From assembly GCF_009914755.1 (NCBI RefSeq), contig NC_060943.1: a stretch of DNA of 64,000 nucleotides, one strand, 5' to 3'. Positions 33,611-47,090 of this stretch are shown piece after piece. The notes below the pieces were generated by a model, which worked only from the letters and a program-made list of their open reading frames with translations, was not told the origin of the DNA and searched no databases. Every line of letters begins with the position of its first letter. The stretch's first letter is position 1. Position numbers and translations under genes: made by a program. The DNA is from the human T2T-CHM13v2.0 reference genome, Homo sapiens.

Positions 33611-34071
33611 TTATCTCTTGACTTCCTGCCATGTGTGTTTGGGGGAGCTTGAGGGAAGAGGGTGTCCCTGTCTCATTGAGAGAGGTGCCACCCTGCCGTG
33701 AAAAGAGGTGCCACCCTCTGTCAATTAGGAGAGGAGGGATGAGAGAGGAAAGGGGTCTCCAGTGTATTTCTCCAGCCGGGGCCTTAAATCCCTCTTGGGA
33801 GATATGGGATGGGGTGGATCGGAAAATAAATTTTTTTAAATCCCTACCAAAATATCAGCTGGCTTTTTTTAAAAAATCAAATACCAAAATCTAAATAGAC
33901 TCCAACAGAAAATTCACCATCTCCTCTGACCTTTTCTTCCCATCTCATGCTGTGAACTGTCTTCTGTTGACTTTATCGCTACCTTTCTTCATTCTGTTAT
34001 TCAACCATGATCTCTCCGTTTCATTTTATAAGCGTTTTATTAATTTCATTTATGTATTTATTTTTGACTAG

Positions 34072-34104
34072 GTAATGCATGTCCATGGTACACAAATTCA
34101 CAAG
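34072..34104 (+). other. PLD3: Candidate 33-nt alternative PLD3 5'UTR exon containing three ATGs
   Basis: T-rich tract + tgactAG acceptor at 34070-34071; CAAG|GTTTGT donor. Confidence 0.55.
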
Positions 34105-34236
34105 GTTTGTAAATGAGAAAAGACGTGAGGTTCCTTTTGTTCTTTACCTGTGGCCTCCCTGCCCTACACGGGGACTCTAGGGTGGAATGTAGCAAAGCCC
34201 ATCCACCAGCCATGTACTACCCCCCAACCCGGCCAG

Positions 34237-34449
34237 GCTGGAGCGACCGTGTCTGGGGAGCCGAGCCCCGCTTCTCGCTGCGGTGAGCCCGGACTGGGGC
34301 ACGCACTGCGCAGACTCCCCGCTGCAGTGGGCGGAGCTCCCACAGGCCCCGCCCCCTCCTCCCACCCTCGTTCAGCCTGTCCAGACAGAAGCTGGGGCCC
34401 AGCGGAGGTAGCAGCAGACGCCTGAGAGCGAGGCCGAGGCCCCTCAGGG
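34237..34449 (+). other. PLD3: PLD3 GC-rich 5'UTR exon (213 nt, no ATG); possibly also an internal promoter
   Basis: ccAG acceptor 34235-34236, GG|GTAGGT donor; CpG-rich with GC box GGCCCCGCCCC ~34346. Confidence 0.7.
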
Positions 34450-35002
34450 GTAGGTGGGGGGAGGCTGGCTGGGGGGATGGGCAGCGGGGTGGCAGGGAGG
34501 CCCCGATGATCCCTGGCTGAGCTGTGTGGTGTGGGGGCACCTGAGGGCGGAGGAGCCACCTAGAATATACCCCCTGTCCCAGGGCTGAGAAAAGCCAGGC
34601 ACAAAGACCTGGGGCTCCGCTGACCTCATCCAGCGCTGCCTTTCTGGGGGTGTCTACAGGTTGGAGGAGGGAGAAGGGGGCTGCTAGAGGGGAGCTGCGT
34701 GGGTGCTGATGGGGGCAGGGTGGGCACTGCAGAGTGAAGAGCAGGCAGCAGAGCGTTGGATTTTGAGGGATTTCGAAATCCTGCTGACCAGTGACCAGCT
34801 TCCTCTTTTTGGGGTGGTGGGCAGTGTGCCAGTGGCCCCCATGATTATGAATAGCCCCAAGACTAATCACTCTTCTGTGATGTCTGTCCCTGGAAAGCGT
34901 AGAACACCCCACACAGTGCCCACTTTTGTTCTGCCAGTTTGGAGACCCTGACACACCCACCTTCTCACCTGGGCTCTGCGTATCCCCCAGCCTTGAGGGA
35001 AG

Positions 35003-35029
35003 ATGAAGCCTAAACTGATGTACCAGGAG
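35003..35029 (+). CDS. PLD3: PLD3 first coding exon, MKPKLMYQE (exon begins 34938)
   Basis: ttctgccAG acceptor at 34936-34937, aagATG start, GAG|GTAGGT donor. Confidence 0.95.
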
Positions 35030-35128
35030 GTAGGTGGATTGGGGGGCTCAGCAGGGTGGAACTGGGTACAGTGGGGGTGGGGGTTCCCAAGAGCCACCTG
35101 TCACCCCCGTTGTTGTCCCCATCCCCAG

Positions 35129-35203
35129 CTGAAGGTGCCTGCAGAGGAGCCCGCCAATGAGCTGCCCATGAATGAGATTGAGGCGTGGAAGGCTGCGGAA
35201 AAG
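35129..35203 (+). CDS. PLD3: PLD3 exon, [25 protein letters not shown] (cytosolic tail)
   Basis: ccccAG / GTAGGA, 75 nt, phase 0. Confidence 0.95.
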
Positions 35204-35291
35204 GTAGGAGCCCTCCGCCACCCTCGCTCTGTCTCAGAGACAGGCTGGGCTGCCCCCCTCGGGCTGGCTGACCACCTCCTCCTCCCCACAG

Positions 35292-35434
35292 AAAGCCCGC
35301 TGGGTCCTGCTGGTCCTCATTCTGGCGGTTGTGGGCTTCGGAGCCCTGATGACTCAGCTGTTTCTATGGGAATACGGCGACTTGCATCTCTTTGGGCCCA
35401 ACCAGCGCCCAGCCCCCTGCTATGACCCTTGCGA
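35292..35434 (+). CDS. PLD3: PLD3 exon encoding type II transmembrane anchor ([26 protein letters not shown]...CYDPC)
   Basis: cacAG / GTAAGT, 143 nt; hydrophobic helix. Confidence 0.95.
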
Positions 35435-36214
35435 GTAAGTGGGGGGTGCTGCAGTTGGTGGGGGAGGGGCCTGCCAGACCAGGTACACTTAAGCACACAC
35501 TAAACAGGGCCTGCACTCAGCCCTACCCAGCGCTTGCGACAAGTGAGGAGGTTGCAGGCTCCCAAGTGCTCGCCCGCCCCCTCCTCCTCCACACACATAG
35601 TTTCTATGGCAGCCACAGCGTCATCTTCTGTCAGGCCTGTGAACAGACACAGCATCTTCCACCCACATCTGTGGACCCACACACACATCTCAATACACGA
35701 CCTTCCTTCCACACCTCTAGACAGACACGCAGAGGATCATGAGTCCAGGCACGCATTCAAATACACACAGTTTTAAAAAATTTTTTTTAAAAGAAAAGAA
35801 AAACTCAAATACAGTTTAGCTGGGCTTGGTGGCTCACGCCTGTAATTGCAACACTTTGCGGGGCTGAGGCGGGAGGATTGCTTGAGCCCAGGAGTTCCAG
35901 ACCAGCCTGGGCAATGTAGTGCGGCTCCATCTCTACTAAAAGTAAAAAAAGTAACCAGGCATACTGGTGCACACCTGTAGTCCCAGCTACTCAAGAGGTT
36001 GAGGCGGGAGGATCGCTTGAGCCCAGGGGTTCGAGGCTGCAGTGAGCTGAGATGGCGCCACTGCGCTTCCAGCCTGGGGGACAGGGCAAGACTCTGTCTC
36101 TAAAAAAAAAAAAATACAGTCTATCCAACACACCCATGGACGGACAGCTGAGCACTCACCTCCCAGCCCTTGCTCTCCGGCACCGTATGGCTGATAGCAT
36201 CCCCCACCCCCCAG

Positions 36215-36398
36215 AGCAGTGCTGGTGGAAAGCATTCCTGAGGGCCTGGACTTCCCCAATGCCTCCACGGGGAACCCTTCCACCAGCCAGGCCTGGCTGG
36301 GCCTGCTCGCCGGTGCGCACAGCAGCCTGGACATCGCCTCCTTCTACTGGACCCTCACCAACAATGACACCCACACGCAGGAGCCCTCTGCCCAGCAG
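36215..36398 (+). CDS. PLD3: PLD3 exon ([13 protein letters not shown]...[11 protein letters not shown]...EPSAQQ)
   Basis: cccAG / GTACCT, 184 nt; ORF 36219..36605. Confidence 0.95.
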
Positions 36399-37337
36399 GT
36401 ACCTGCAACCTTGGCCCTGGCCGGCAGCAGGGGCAGGGGGTGGGAGGCAGCGGGGGCTGTGGGGAATGAAGGGGTTTCTCCTGCAGCCCAGGAGACAGAG
36501 GGGTGTGTCTCACACAGCAGATTGGACACAGGTGTTTGCAAGCAGCTGTCGTCACGTGGCTCTCTGGACTGGGGGCGTTTGTCACGGTCATCTGTAGGCC
36601 TCTGAATGTCAGGGTGCGGGTTTGGTTACAAGGGATTATTAGGCTGGCAGATGTCACTCACCCACAAGCTGTCCTGACCCAGTCACACAAAGAAAGGGAA
36701 GAGTGGAGTAATTAACAGCCCAGCCTCAAGACAGGGGCCACCTCCCAGCTGTGTGACCCCAGGCAGGCCACCTCTTCTCTCCAGCTTCAGTTTCTTTATC
36801 TGTAAAATGGGGCCAATTTATAGCACCTGCTTCTTAGGGCTCTTGTGAGGATGAAATGGACTAATCCATGCAAATTTTAGCACAGTGCCTGGCACAGAGT
36901 CAGCCTTTGTGAGTCTGCTGTTACTATATATCCTGGTATGGTCTGCAGACAAACTTAAAGAACATAAAAGCTTCACAATTTGAAAAGGAACAGCCTACAT
37001 GGATAACCTCTTCCATTGAAAAACCATGAATTTGTTCCTTCTGTTTTCTTCTCCCTACTGGCTCTTTTTGTGAGAAGTTGTCTTAAAACTTAACTAAAAT
37101 TACAAGGCTCCTTAAGAACTGCCTGAAAAAAATAATTATGGCCAAGTGTGGTGATTCACACCTGTAATCCCAGCACTTTGGGAGGCCTAGACAGGAGGAT
37201 CACTGGAGCCCAAGAGTTCGAGACTAGCCTGAGCAACATAGTGAGACCCGCCCCCCACCTCCCCTCAACCATCTCTACTAAAAATAAAAAAAAATTAGGA
37301 GGGTGTTGTGGTGCATGCCTGCAGTCTCAGATACTCA

Positions 37338-37658
<321 letters not shown>

Positions 37659-38364
37659 TTATGTTAAAAAACCGTATGAGCTCCCACTCCCTGCTGGCTC
37701 CCTCTAAAGTGGTTTAAAACACAGATGTAGGAGGCAGATGGTCTGGGTTCAAATCCTGCTCCATAGCTGGATGTGGTGGTGCACTCCTGAGGTACTAGCT
37801 ACTTGGGAGACTGAGGCAGGCGGAATGCTTGAGCCCAGGGATTGAAGATCAGCCTGGGCAACATAGCAAGTCCCTGTCTCAACAAACAAACAAACAAAAA
37901 AACAAAAACAAAATCCCACTCCACTACTGAGTTCTCTGTGGGGATTATAATTAAACCAGCCTCACTGGGTTGTGAGAATTCAGTGAGTTCGCTGAGAAGA
38001 GGCCTAGAACAGGGCCTGGCACACAGTAGGTTCCAGGGCATCCTTGACTGTTGCTGTTGTTGGCATCATCGTGCCTCACCCGATACCTTCCAGGACCCCC
38101 TGCCTGAGCCTCGCCCCCACCATACTGGGAGATGCCTGGAGGCCCTGCCTTGATGCTGAATTTTGAGAAAGTCCCTGGAGGGGCAGGAGGGGTCAGGAGG
38201 ACTTGGAGGGGGATCACAGGGCAACTAATTATTAAAGCAGATAAAGATGTTTAAAACAGATAAGGAAGTCTTTTAATATTTTAATCTGTAAAGTCTTTAA
38301 TCTATGCAGGCTAATGTAAAGTCTGTTTACTCCTAATCATGTCTCAAAATAACTCCACCGGGCA

Positions 38365-38426
38365 TTACCTTGTGGGGTTGGAGAGCTGGCTGGTCCAGCC
38401 CCTCAGAAGCTCTCCCCTCCCCGCAG
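38365..38426 (+). ncRNA. MIR6796: pre-miR-6796, 5'-tailed mirtron ending at the PLD3 splice acceptor
   Basis: TTGTGGGGTTGGAGAGCT pairs with AGCTCTCCCCTCCCCGCAG; the 3' end equals the intron AG; sequence recognised as hsa-mir-6796. Confidence 0.85.
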
Positions 38427-38547
38427 GGTGAGGAGGTCCTCCGGCAGCTGCAGACCCTGGCACCAAAGGGCGTGAACGTCCGCATCGCTGTGAGCAAGCC
38501 CAGCGGGCCCCAGCCACAGGCGGACCTGCAGGCTCTGCTGCAGAGCG
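38427..38547 (+). CDS. PLD3: PLD3 exon ([22 protein letters not shown]...LLQS)
   Basis: ccgcAG / GTGAGC, 121 nt. Confidence 0.95.
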
Positions 38548-38628
38548 GTGAGCTGGGGCCCAACTGGGGCTGGTCTGGGCCTGGGGGTACCCAGCCTGGC
38601 CCCTGATCTCTGCCCCTGCTGGTCACAG

Positions 38629-38756
38629 GTGCCCAGGTCCGCATGGTGGACATGCAGAAGCTGACCCATGGCGTCCTGCATACCAAGTTCTGGGTGGTGG
38701 ACCAGACCCACTTCTACCTGGGCAGTGCCAACATGGACTGGCGTTCACTGACCCAG
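38629..38756 (+). CDS. PLD3: PLD3 exon with first catalytic HKD motif (H201-K203-D208; HTKFWVVD...GSANMD)
   Basis: cacAG / GTCTGT, 128 nt; HxKxxxxD-x6-GSxN PLD signature. Confidence 0.97.
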
Positions 38757-38839
38757 GTCTGTCTGCACCCTGTCTACCTTCCTTCCAGGCCACTCCCTGC
38801 CCCACAGGGCACCCAGCCTCCGACTGCATCCCTCACTCA

Positions 38840-39187
<348 letters not shown>

Positions 39188-40191
39188 TTACAAAACAAAG
39201 AATCCCTAAATGGAGCCCTCTACTGCCCTCCCCCTGCTCCTGGAAGCCTGGGGCTCCCTCTGATCCCCAATTGCAGCTACCAGCCCCTCTACATGGCATT
39301 CAAGAACCTGCGCACCCATTTGATCTTCATTGTACATCTCTGTGTGCCTGCTCTAAGTCCAGCCCTATCCTGGGTAATGTTGGGAACATGGTGGTAACAG
39401 ATGGACCTCATGGAACTCCCAGCCCAATGCAGACTGGCCTGTCACCTGACAGTGACAGCCCAGAGGGGTCAGGGCCGGGGTTGGGGAGACACAGGCAGAG
39501 GGTCAGGGCCAGGATGGAGGGAACAGAGGGCTGTGGAAGCTCAGAGACCCCAACCTGGGGCATTGGAGGGTTTCCCAAAGGAGGTATAACTAATCTGATC
39601 CCTGAAGGATAGGGAGGAATTAGCGCAAGATGGAACAGGAAACAGCTTGGGCAATGAGGTGAAGATAAGACAGGACAATAACTCATGAATTCATTTCCTC
39701 AACAGATAGTTCCCCTAACCTTTAATCTCAGCAATTATGCAGGGAGATGCTGTAGATATAGCTGTGACTGAGACATCCCTAGTGCCTGTCCTCCCAGCCC
39801 AATGGGAAGACCAGTTTGTCACCAGAAAGAATGAGGAGGGAATCCCAAGGGACTGTGAGAGCCCAGAGGAATGCCTGGTGCAGGCTGGGTAGTCACGGGA
39901 GGCTTCCTGAAGGAGGCAACATGTCAGCCTAGACCTAAGAATGAGTAGAAGCTAGCTCAGTGGAGGGTAGAAGCAACAGCAGATTGCAAACGTTCAGGAA
40001 ACCTGGAGCTTTGGAATAACTGATTTTCATCAAAACTTAAGTTGATAATCATTCTAGGACTTTAGCTATTGGAGCTGGGGTGGAGGGGGTACTGTGGGAC
40101 AGGGGGAAAGACAGAGACCAGACTGGGGAGTGTCCCTGTCATCTGTGAGCACTAGGCCGCTATCGCTGAGCTCAGCACTGCCCTCCTACAG

Positions 40192-40392
40192 GTCAAGGAG
40201 CTGGGCGTGGTCATGTACAACTGCAGCTGCCTGGCTCGAGACCTGACCAAGATCTTTGAGGCCTACTGGTTCCTGGGCCAGGCAGGCAGCTCCATCCCAT
40301 CAACTTGGCCCCGGTTCTATGACACCCGCTACAACCAAGAGACACCAATGGAGATCTGCCTCAATGGAACCCCTGCTCTGGCCTACCTGGCG
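40192..40392 (+). CDS. PLD3: PLD3 exon ([15 protein letters not shown]...ALAYLA)
   Basis: ctacAG / GTGAGT, 201 nt. Confidence 0.95.
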
Positions 40393-40654
40393 GTGAGTCT
40401 GGGGCAAGTGGGGCCTGTCATGTCCCAGCCCCATGCCGTCACTCACAGCCTCCATCTGTCCCTGTTTGGTGATGACAGGGAGGGCGTATCCTGACCATCA
40501 GTTCTCACCCCAGCTCATTCTGCTTGGTCAGGGGCCTGGAGTAGTTCCCAACATCCCTCGGCCTCTATTTCAGTTAGAAAATGGGTATTGTTTCCAACCT
40601 GTTAGGGCTGCTGGGAGAGGTACCCTGGGTTCATGCACACCAAACCTTTGGTGC

Positions 40655-41514
40655 TCTATATCATCCAGTATAGCCACAGGTGGCTCTTTCAGTTTAAGTT
40701 AATTAAATGCAATTAACAATTCAGGCCAAGTGGGGTGGCTTATGCCTGTAATCCCAATACTTTGGGAGGTTGAGGTGACAGGATCACTTGAGGCCAGGAG
40801 TTTGAGACCAGCCTGGACAACATAGCAAGACTCCATCTTTACAAACAAACAAACAAACAAACAAAACTAGCTGGGTTGGGTTGTGCATGCATGTAGTCAC
40901 AGCTACGCAGGAGGCTGAGGCAGGGGGATCACTTGAGCCCAGGAAATCTAGGCTGCAGTGAGCCATGATCACACCACTGTACTCCAGCCTGGGTGACAGC
41001 CTGTTTCAAAAAAAAATTGTTTCAAGCCAGGCATGGTTTCTCATCCCTGTAATCCCAGCACTTTGGGAGGCCAAGGCCAAGATGGGAGGATCACTTGAGG
41101 CCAGGAGTTCATGACCAGCCTGGGCAACATAGGGAGACATCATTTCTTTCTATTTTTTTTTTTTTTTGGTCTTATTATTTATTGTTCTAGATAGGATACC
41201 CAAGAACTAGGGAGACACCATTTCTACAAAAACATAATATTAATTAAAATTAGCCGGGTGTGGTTGTGTGCACCTGTAGTCCCTGGGGAGGCTAAGACAG
41301 GGGGATCACTTGAGCCCAGGAGTTTGAGGCTGCGTGAGCTGATTGTACCACTGCACTCCAGCCTGGGCAAGAGGCTGTTGCCCTGTCTCCAAAAAAAGAA
41401 AAAATTCAGTTCCTCATGCAGTAGCCACATTTCATATGCTCAGTAGCACCTGTAGCAAGTGACCACCATATTGGACATTTCCATCACTGTGACAGGCTCT
41501 GTTGGACAACACTG
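40655..41514. mobile_element. MER3-like hAT MITE interrupted by Alus (~40724-41403)
   Basis: AAATTCAGTTCCTCA..AGCCACATTTCA.ATGCTCAGTAGC...ATTGGACA motifs. Confidence 0.6.
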
Positions 41515-41769
41515 GCTCTCGCCATGGCAGATACTGATCACTCTGGACAAGGCACTGATGTTTCTAGCTCTTGATAGTTTCACTAGTTGAGGCAGGCAAC
41601 CCAGGTCTCCCTAGGTCCCCCTGAGCAAGTTACCTGTCCAAGCCCAGAGTCATCGTGGAAGGCACAACCCTAAGGCGTGGACGTAGGGAAGTGTGACTCA
41701 TTGGGGTCTTTCACTACAAGGGCCTCCCGCAGGGGATCAAGGCTCTCCTCATTACCACTTCCCCTTTTA

Positions 41770-42180
<411 letters not shown>

Positions 42181-42343
42181 TCAAGGCAGGCTGTGAGCAA
42201 ATCAGGGAAGAAAGTGACTCGAGGCTGGGCACAGTGGCTCACGCCTGTAATCCCAGCACTTTGGGAGGCCTAGGCAGGTGGATTGCCTGAGGTCAGGAGT
42301 TCGAGACCTGCCTGGCCAACATGGTGAAATCCCATCTCCACTA

Positions 42344-42728
<385 letters not shown>

Positions 42729-42998
42729 GGTTAGAGCGTAAATTCTGGAACCAGACAGCCTGGGTTCGAATCCTGGCTCCATTTATCTGCTGTGTGACTT
42801 TAAGTAAGTCACTTACCCTCTCTGAGCCTCAGTTTCCTCACATGTGAAATGGATGTGGTGATTGACCCTCTTCTTCATGGAGGCTGAGGATTTGGTGAGA
42901 TCCACAGTACCTGGCTTGTGGTGAGCTGTCCGTATGTGGGGTCCGTTGTGACGATGACCCTGGCAGGGCACATGTCTTAACTGTCCCCTCGCCCTCAG

Positions 42999-43138
42999 AG
43001 TGCGCCCCCACCCCTGTGTCCAAGTGGCCGCACTCCAGACCTGAAGGCTCTACTCAACGTGGTGGACAATGCCCGGAGTTTCATCTACGTCGCTGTCATG
43101 AACTACCTGCCCACTCTGGAGTTCTCCCACCCTCACAG
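42999..43138 (+). CDS. PLD3: PLD3 exon ([36 protein letters not shown]...)
   Basis: cctcAG / GTACTG, 140 nt; not in ORF track. Confidence 0.95.
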
Positions 43139-43330
43139 GTACTGCTGGGTGTGGAGATAGGGAGCCGCTGCAGTTGGCCAGGAGACGGGAGAGGGAATCA
43201 TGGAGACCAGAAAGCTGGTGGGGGCTCCAGGCAAGGGGACAGATGGAAGAGAAGCTGCAGGGAGAGACAGTCACCAGGAGGTGACCGGAAGAAGGTATCT
43301 AGGCACTTGAGACAGGAGAAAGAGAGATTA

Positions 43331-44900
<1,570 letters not shown>

Positions 44901-45130
44901 GAGGATGACAACACTGGGTTTTGGGGAGCAGGAATGGGAGCCACAGCCAGGAAGAGGAAATAGGGATGTGGGATTTATGGAGACAGGAACAGGGTCTGGG
45001 AGCCAGCGATGAGGAAGTCCTCTCAATAGCTAAAGCAGGGCCCAGGCTTGGTTCCCCAAAGCTGAGGGCAAAGCCTGTGGACACAGCCGCCCTCTGCATC
45101 CTGCCCCACCTCCTATACACCCGTCCTCAG

Positions 45131-45296
45131 GTTCTGGCCTGCCATTGACGATGGGCTGCGGCGGGCCACCTACGAGCGTGGCGTCAAGGTGCGCCTGCTC
45201 ATCAGCTGCTGGGGACACTCGGAGCCATCCATGCGGGCCTTCCTGCTCTCTCTGGCTGCCCTGCGTGACAACCATACCCACTCTGACATCCAGGTG
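45131..45296 (+). CDS. PLD3: PLD3 exon ([27 protein letters not shown]...SDIQV)
   Basis: cctcAG / GTAAGT, 166 nt. Confidence 0.95.
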
Positions 45297-45423
45297 GTAA
45301 GTACTGCCCCAAGCCACCCCTTGGCCCCTGTGTGGGGCAGTCCTAGGGACACAGCCCTCATGGGACTCGTCTGTCAATGACAAGGGCAGCCCAGAGTGAG
45401 CCCTGTCACTGTGGGGAAACCAT

Positions 45424-46104
45424 GGGTCAGGGCCAGGGTCATGGGGCACAGGGAGAGGGGCCAGGACCGGGATGAGGGGGCACAGGCAGAGGGGTTGGGA
45501 CCGGGATGGGGGTGCAGAGAGAGGTGTTGGGACCAGGAATGGGGACATGGGCAGGTAGAGGGGTCAGGGCTGGGATTGGGAGCACAGGCAGAGGGGTCAG
45601 GGCTGGGATGGGGAGGCACAGGCAGAAGGGTCGGGGCCGGGTTGGAGGGCACAGGGAGAGGGGTTAGGGCCAGGGTTGGGGGCACAGGCAGAGGGGTCGG
45701 GGCCAGGATGGAGGAGGCCCAGGCAGAGGGGTGAGGGCTGGGGTGGGGGGCACAGAGAGAGGGTTTGGGACCAGGACTGGGGGAGTGGGCAGGTAGAGGG
45801 GTCGGGGCTGGGGTTGGGGGCACAGGCAGAGGGGTCAGGGCTGGGATGGAGGAGGTACAGGCAGAGGGGTCAGGGCTGGGATGGGGGGGCACAGGCAGAG
45901 GGGTCAGGGCTGGGATGGAGGAGGTACAGGCAGAGGGGTCAGGGCTGGGATGGAGGAGGTACAGGCAGAGGGGTCAGGGCTGGGATGGGGGGGCACAGGC
46001 AGAGGGGTCAGGGCTGGGATGGAGGAGGCCCAGGCAGAGGGGTCAGGGCCAGGGTGGGGGGGCACAGGCAGAGGGGTCAGGGCTGGGGTGGGGATGCCCA
46101 GAGG
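45424..46104. repeat. G-rich minisatellite, 34-35 bp unit, roughly 19-20 copies, in the PLD3 intron 45297-46411
   Basis: ACAGGCAGAGGGGTCAGGGCTGGGATGG(GGGGGC/AGGAGGT); unit starts at 45857, 45891, 45926, 45961, 45995. Confidence 0.92.
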
Positions 46105-46411
46105 AAGCCTCTGCCCTAGCGGGAAGGGCCAAGGAAGATGTTCTGGAAATGGGGGCATCTGAGATGAGACCTCAGGAATGAACAGGAGCCATTCTGCCGG
46201 GAACAGTGTTTTGCAAATGAGACCACCGGGGCCTCCCTTTCAGCTTTCGTTCTCAGAGGGCCCCTCCACCTGGCCCTGTTCTGGCCCCCGAGGATTCTGT
46301 GGGAAGCAGTGGAGTCCCACAGATCTCGCTCCACACTCTGCTCCCTGATCCCGGGGCTCCTCCGACTCCCCCTGCCTCTCACACTCCTTCCCATCCTCCC
46401 CTCCCACTCAG

Positions 46412-46511
46412 AAACTCTTTGTGGTCCCCGCGGATGAGGCCCAGGCTCGAATCCCATATGCCCGTGTCAACCACAACAAGTACATGGTGACTGAACGCGC
46501 CACCTACATCG
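46412..46511 (+). CDS. PLD3: PLD3 exon with second catalytic motif HKE (H416-K418-E423; HNKYMVTE)
   Basis: actcAG / GTGAGT, 100 nt. Confidence 0.96.
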
Positions 46512-46611
46512 GTGAGTGTCTTGAGCACCACGGGGCGCTGAAGAAGAGGGGGTTCAGACACCAGGGGCGGCCCCCCGAGGGTGCCCTTATGCTCCACCCA
46601 TTCCTCTCTAG

Positions 46612-46799
46612 GAACCTCCAACTGGTCTGGCAACTACTTCACGGAGACGGCGGGCACCTCGCTGCTGGTGACGCAGAATGGGAGGGGCGGCCTGCGGAGC
46701 CAGCTGGAGGCCATTTTCCTGAGGGACTGGGACTCCCCTTACAGCCATGACCTTGACACCTCAGCTGACAGCGTGGGCAACGCCTGCCGCCTGCTCTGA
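46612..46799 (+). CDS. PLD3: PLD3 last coding exon ([10 protein letters not shown]...NACRLL*); lysosomal 5'-3' exonuclease PLD3, 490 aa in total
   Basis: ctctAG acceptor; TGA 46797-46799; summed CDS 1473 nt = 490 aa + stop. Confidence 0.96.
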
Positions 46800-47090
46800 G
46801 GCCCGATCCAGTGGGCAGGCCAAGGCCTGCTGGGCCCCCGCGGACCCAGGTGCTCTGGGTCACGGTCCCTGTCCCCGCACCCCCGCTTCTGTCTGCCCCA
46901 TTGTGGCTCCTCAGGCTCTCTCCCCTGCTCTCCCACCTCTACCTCCACCCCCACCGGCCTGACGCTGTGGCCCCGGGACCCAGCAGAGCTGGGGGAGGGA
47001 TCAGCCCCCAAAGAAATGGGGGTGCATGCTGGGCCTGGCCCCCTGGCCCACCCCCACTTTCCAGGGCAAAAAGGGCCCAGGGTTATAATA

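Noticed and set aside
33681-33720. AGAGGTGCCACCCT direct repeat as a possible CTCF site
   Set aside because: Only a weak match to the CTCF core; cannot be supported from sequence alone
34164-34960. Minus-strand ORFs of 131 and 247 aa over the PLD3 5'UTR exons
   Set aside because: Low-complexity GC-rich translation, near-cognate starts, no recognisable domain
45030-46181. Repetitive Gly/Pro-rich ORFs on both strands
   Set aside because: Products of the intronic G-rich VNTR
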